From contig CM074514.1 in assembly GCA_037379345.1 (NCBI GenBank), positions 19,344,001-19,408,000 on the forward strand: a DNA stretch of 64,000 bases, given 5' to 3'. This document shows, one piece after another, positions 61,937-64,000 of this stretch (positions are counted from its first letter, which is position 1; every line of letters begins with the position of its first letter). Position numbers and translations under genes: made by a program. The notes under the pieces were generated by a model. That model searched no databases. It worked only from the letters and a program-made list of their open reading frames with translations, and was not told the DNA's origin. The stretch is from Perna viridis (taxonomy: Eukaryota).

Positions 61937-63647
61937 GAGTAAGGGGTATAAGAAGAAAGAAACCAAAGCTTGTACTGCCAAACCAGGATATAACCATCAT
62001 TTCACTGATGTTCTTCAATTAATCTTGTTAAAATAAAAACAATGCTCAACTCCATGATGTATAAAATCTGTTTTAATATATAACAATATTACAACAAATA
62101 TCAACAAAAATTAGCAATAAGTGCCTACACTGTCACACAAGTGTGCATGTTTAACATCCTCTATATTCTTCAAGGTGACTAGAGGAATAAGTAATATTTC
62201 TACAAATGCAACATATGAAAACTGCTTCTAAATTGCTCAACAAATATACCTATATTAAGGGGTTATTGTCCTTACAGAATTTTTTAGGTGTATTCTCATT
62301 AACATTTTAACTATAAAAATTCCACCTGATTTTAATTTTTGAAATATTAAAAATAATTTTACAGTAAAAATCCAAAACTGTAATGTTATGATTAAAGCAT
62401 GTATTTTTGCAAAAATGAAACATCACAATTTGTAGTTCTTACCCCAATATATTAAAACAAATATTTATCTTGGAAGTTTTAATGATTTTTAATAACAAAA
62501 TCAATATAAAGACAATATATTTCATAATTTAAGATTAAAATAAAAACAACCTACTTTTCCTATGTATAAACATTGATACACCACGTTATTTACAGCAATA
62601 AGGGGCATATTCAAAACCCTTTTTTTAAACAACACTACAGCTAACAATTTATAATTTTTCAGTGAAGCAACTATTAAAGTAAGTAAAAGGTAAAATAAAA
62701 TAATATCAAAGTAGAAAATTACAAAGTTATTAATTGATAAAAGATATGTTCATTTTAAGTTCATTTAAGAATTAAGGACAGGTTTAGCTTAAAAGATGGA
62801 CAATGAGTCTACTCCAAATTTTGTTGTTTGAATCTGGTAATATTTATATAAAAATTAGTGAGAAAGTATTTCCATTGTCTATTTATATCATTTAGTGAAA
62901 GACTTGATATAACAATACTTTTAAAAAAAGAAAGACACATCAAATGCACAAGTGGTTTTCAGACTTGTTCATGCTATTTCATAACAATTCCTATTGTTGC
63001 CATATTTTATAAAAATGTTTTATAAAATCCTTAACTTCGTATTATTTTAATAGGTAGTACAAAAAGATCCAGAATCCATTGAGCATCATTTGAAGTCAAA
63101 ACTATGGACAAACCATAAAAACAAACACCTCTGTGTATTTCATTTTTGTTTCATACAACATTATTGTTAAGTTAAATCATTACTGAAGGCTCCATACCAC
63201 ATAACAAACACATATACTTTGTATCTTAAAAAGGATTGAGCATTGAACTTGATTGATATCTGCAATGAAACTATACCTAAAAATAAATGACCAAGCATAA
63301 GCAAATGCTTTTATTTCATTTAATTAGGAGCATAATTGATGTTGAAGATTAAAAAAATTCTAATAAACAAACAAAAAACTGGAGTATGTTAGCATTAAAA
63401 GTGTGAACTAAAATTATGACTATGTCATAGTTACACTTTTTCAATAGCATATCAAGCAACTATTAACTTTTAGGTAATCACATTTAAAAAAAATCATTAA
63501 TAATCATTACAAAAAAAAAAAAATAATAAAGCAGATAATGTTTTGGAGACTGGGAACTACCGTACAACTTGTGATTTCTTAATGCAACAAACAAGAATTT
63601 GATCCAGTGAACATTAAGAAAGTGTAAACAAATGCCCTATCAAAGTC

Positions 63648-63820
63648 CTATAATGCTTCCCCATACTTAGGCAGAGGAGCTGACACATCTTCATAGTTAG
63701 GTGGTGTTGTCATTATTATAGGGCCATCACCAACATCTGTCATCATGATCAACTCATAGGCTGGTGGTGGGTCTGGGCGTGTGCAGGTGTTCAGCTGATC
63801 ATTTGATGGAGTATGTATCA
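63648..63820 (-). CDS. Last coding exon of a convergent gene; tail with three PY motifs (PPAY, PPNY, LPKY)
   Basis: Minus-strand acceptor atttcttaaaacag; translation IHTPSNDQLNTCTRPDPPPAYELIMMTDVGDGPIIMTTPPNYEDVSAPLPKYGEAL*; GC-richer than flanks; absent from the ORF track. Confidence 0.8.
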
Positions 63821-64000
63821 CTGTTTTAAGAAATAATTTTGATGATTAATATGTAAACTAGTTATTTAAAATCCACTGCTGACTCATTTGGCATAGTATC
63901 ATTAACAAAATTTAACAAAAAATTAGAAAAATAACAAAATTGGAGGCCCCTCATTAGAAGATATTATATATATATTGTGTTGTTGTTATTGATTAAGTCA

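Overview
AT-rich, CpG-poor eukaryotic genomic DNA, probably from a bivalve mollusc (inferred from the repeat types, not verified). Most of the window is one + strand Caskin-family gene (ankyrin repeats, SH3, two SAM domains, long Pro/Ser-rich tail, LxDxLDAMLE C-terminal motif). I assembled 19 GT-AG, phase-compatible coding exons from 3124 to the stop at 54743 (about 1320 aa); the first coding exon lies upstream of the window. A convergent - strand gene contributes its last coding exon at 63648-63820, carrying three PY motifs. Introns hold four copies of a TSD-flanked ~515-nt retroposon with a non-tRNA, pseudoknot-like head, four copies of a TTAA-bounded MITE, several Helentron-type (HINE/pearl-like) elements and several minisatellites. 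Most notable: (1) three Caskin exon boundaries have been tandemly amplified into the adjacent intron, and one copy forms an in-frame 30-nt candidate microexon; (2) candidate alternative or mutually exclusive exons and YAG|GTAAGT sites in the 14.5-kb intron; (3) the structured head of the retroposon; (4) strong TACATGTA over-representation. Apart from those overlapping these exons or repeats, the supplied ORFs look like noise.
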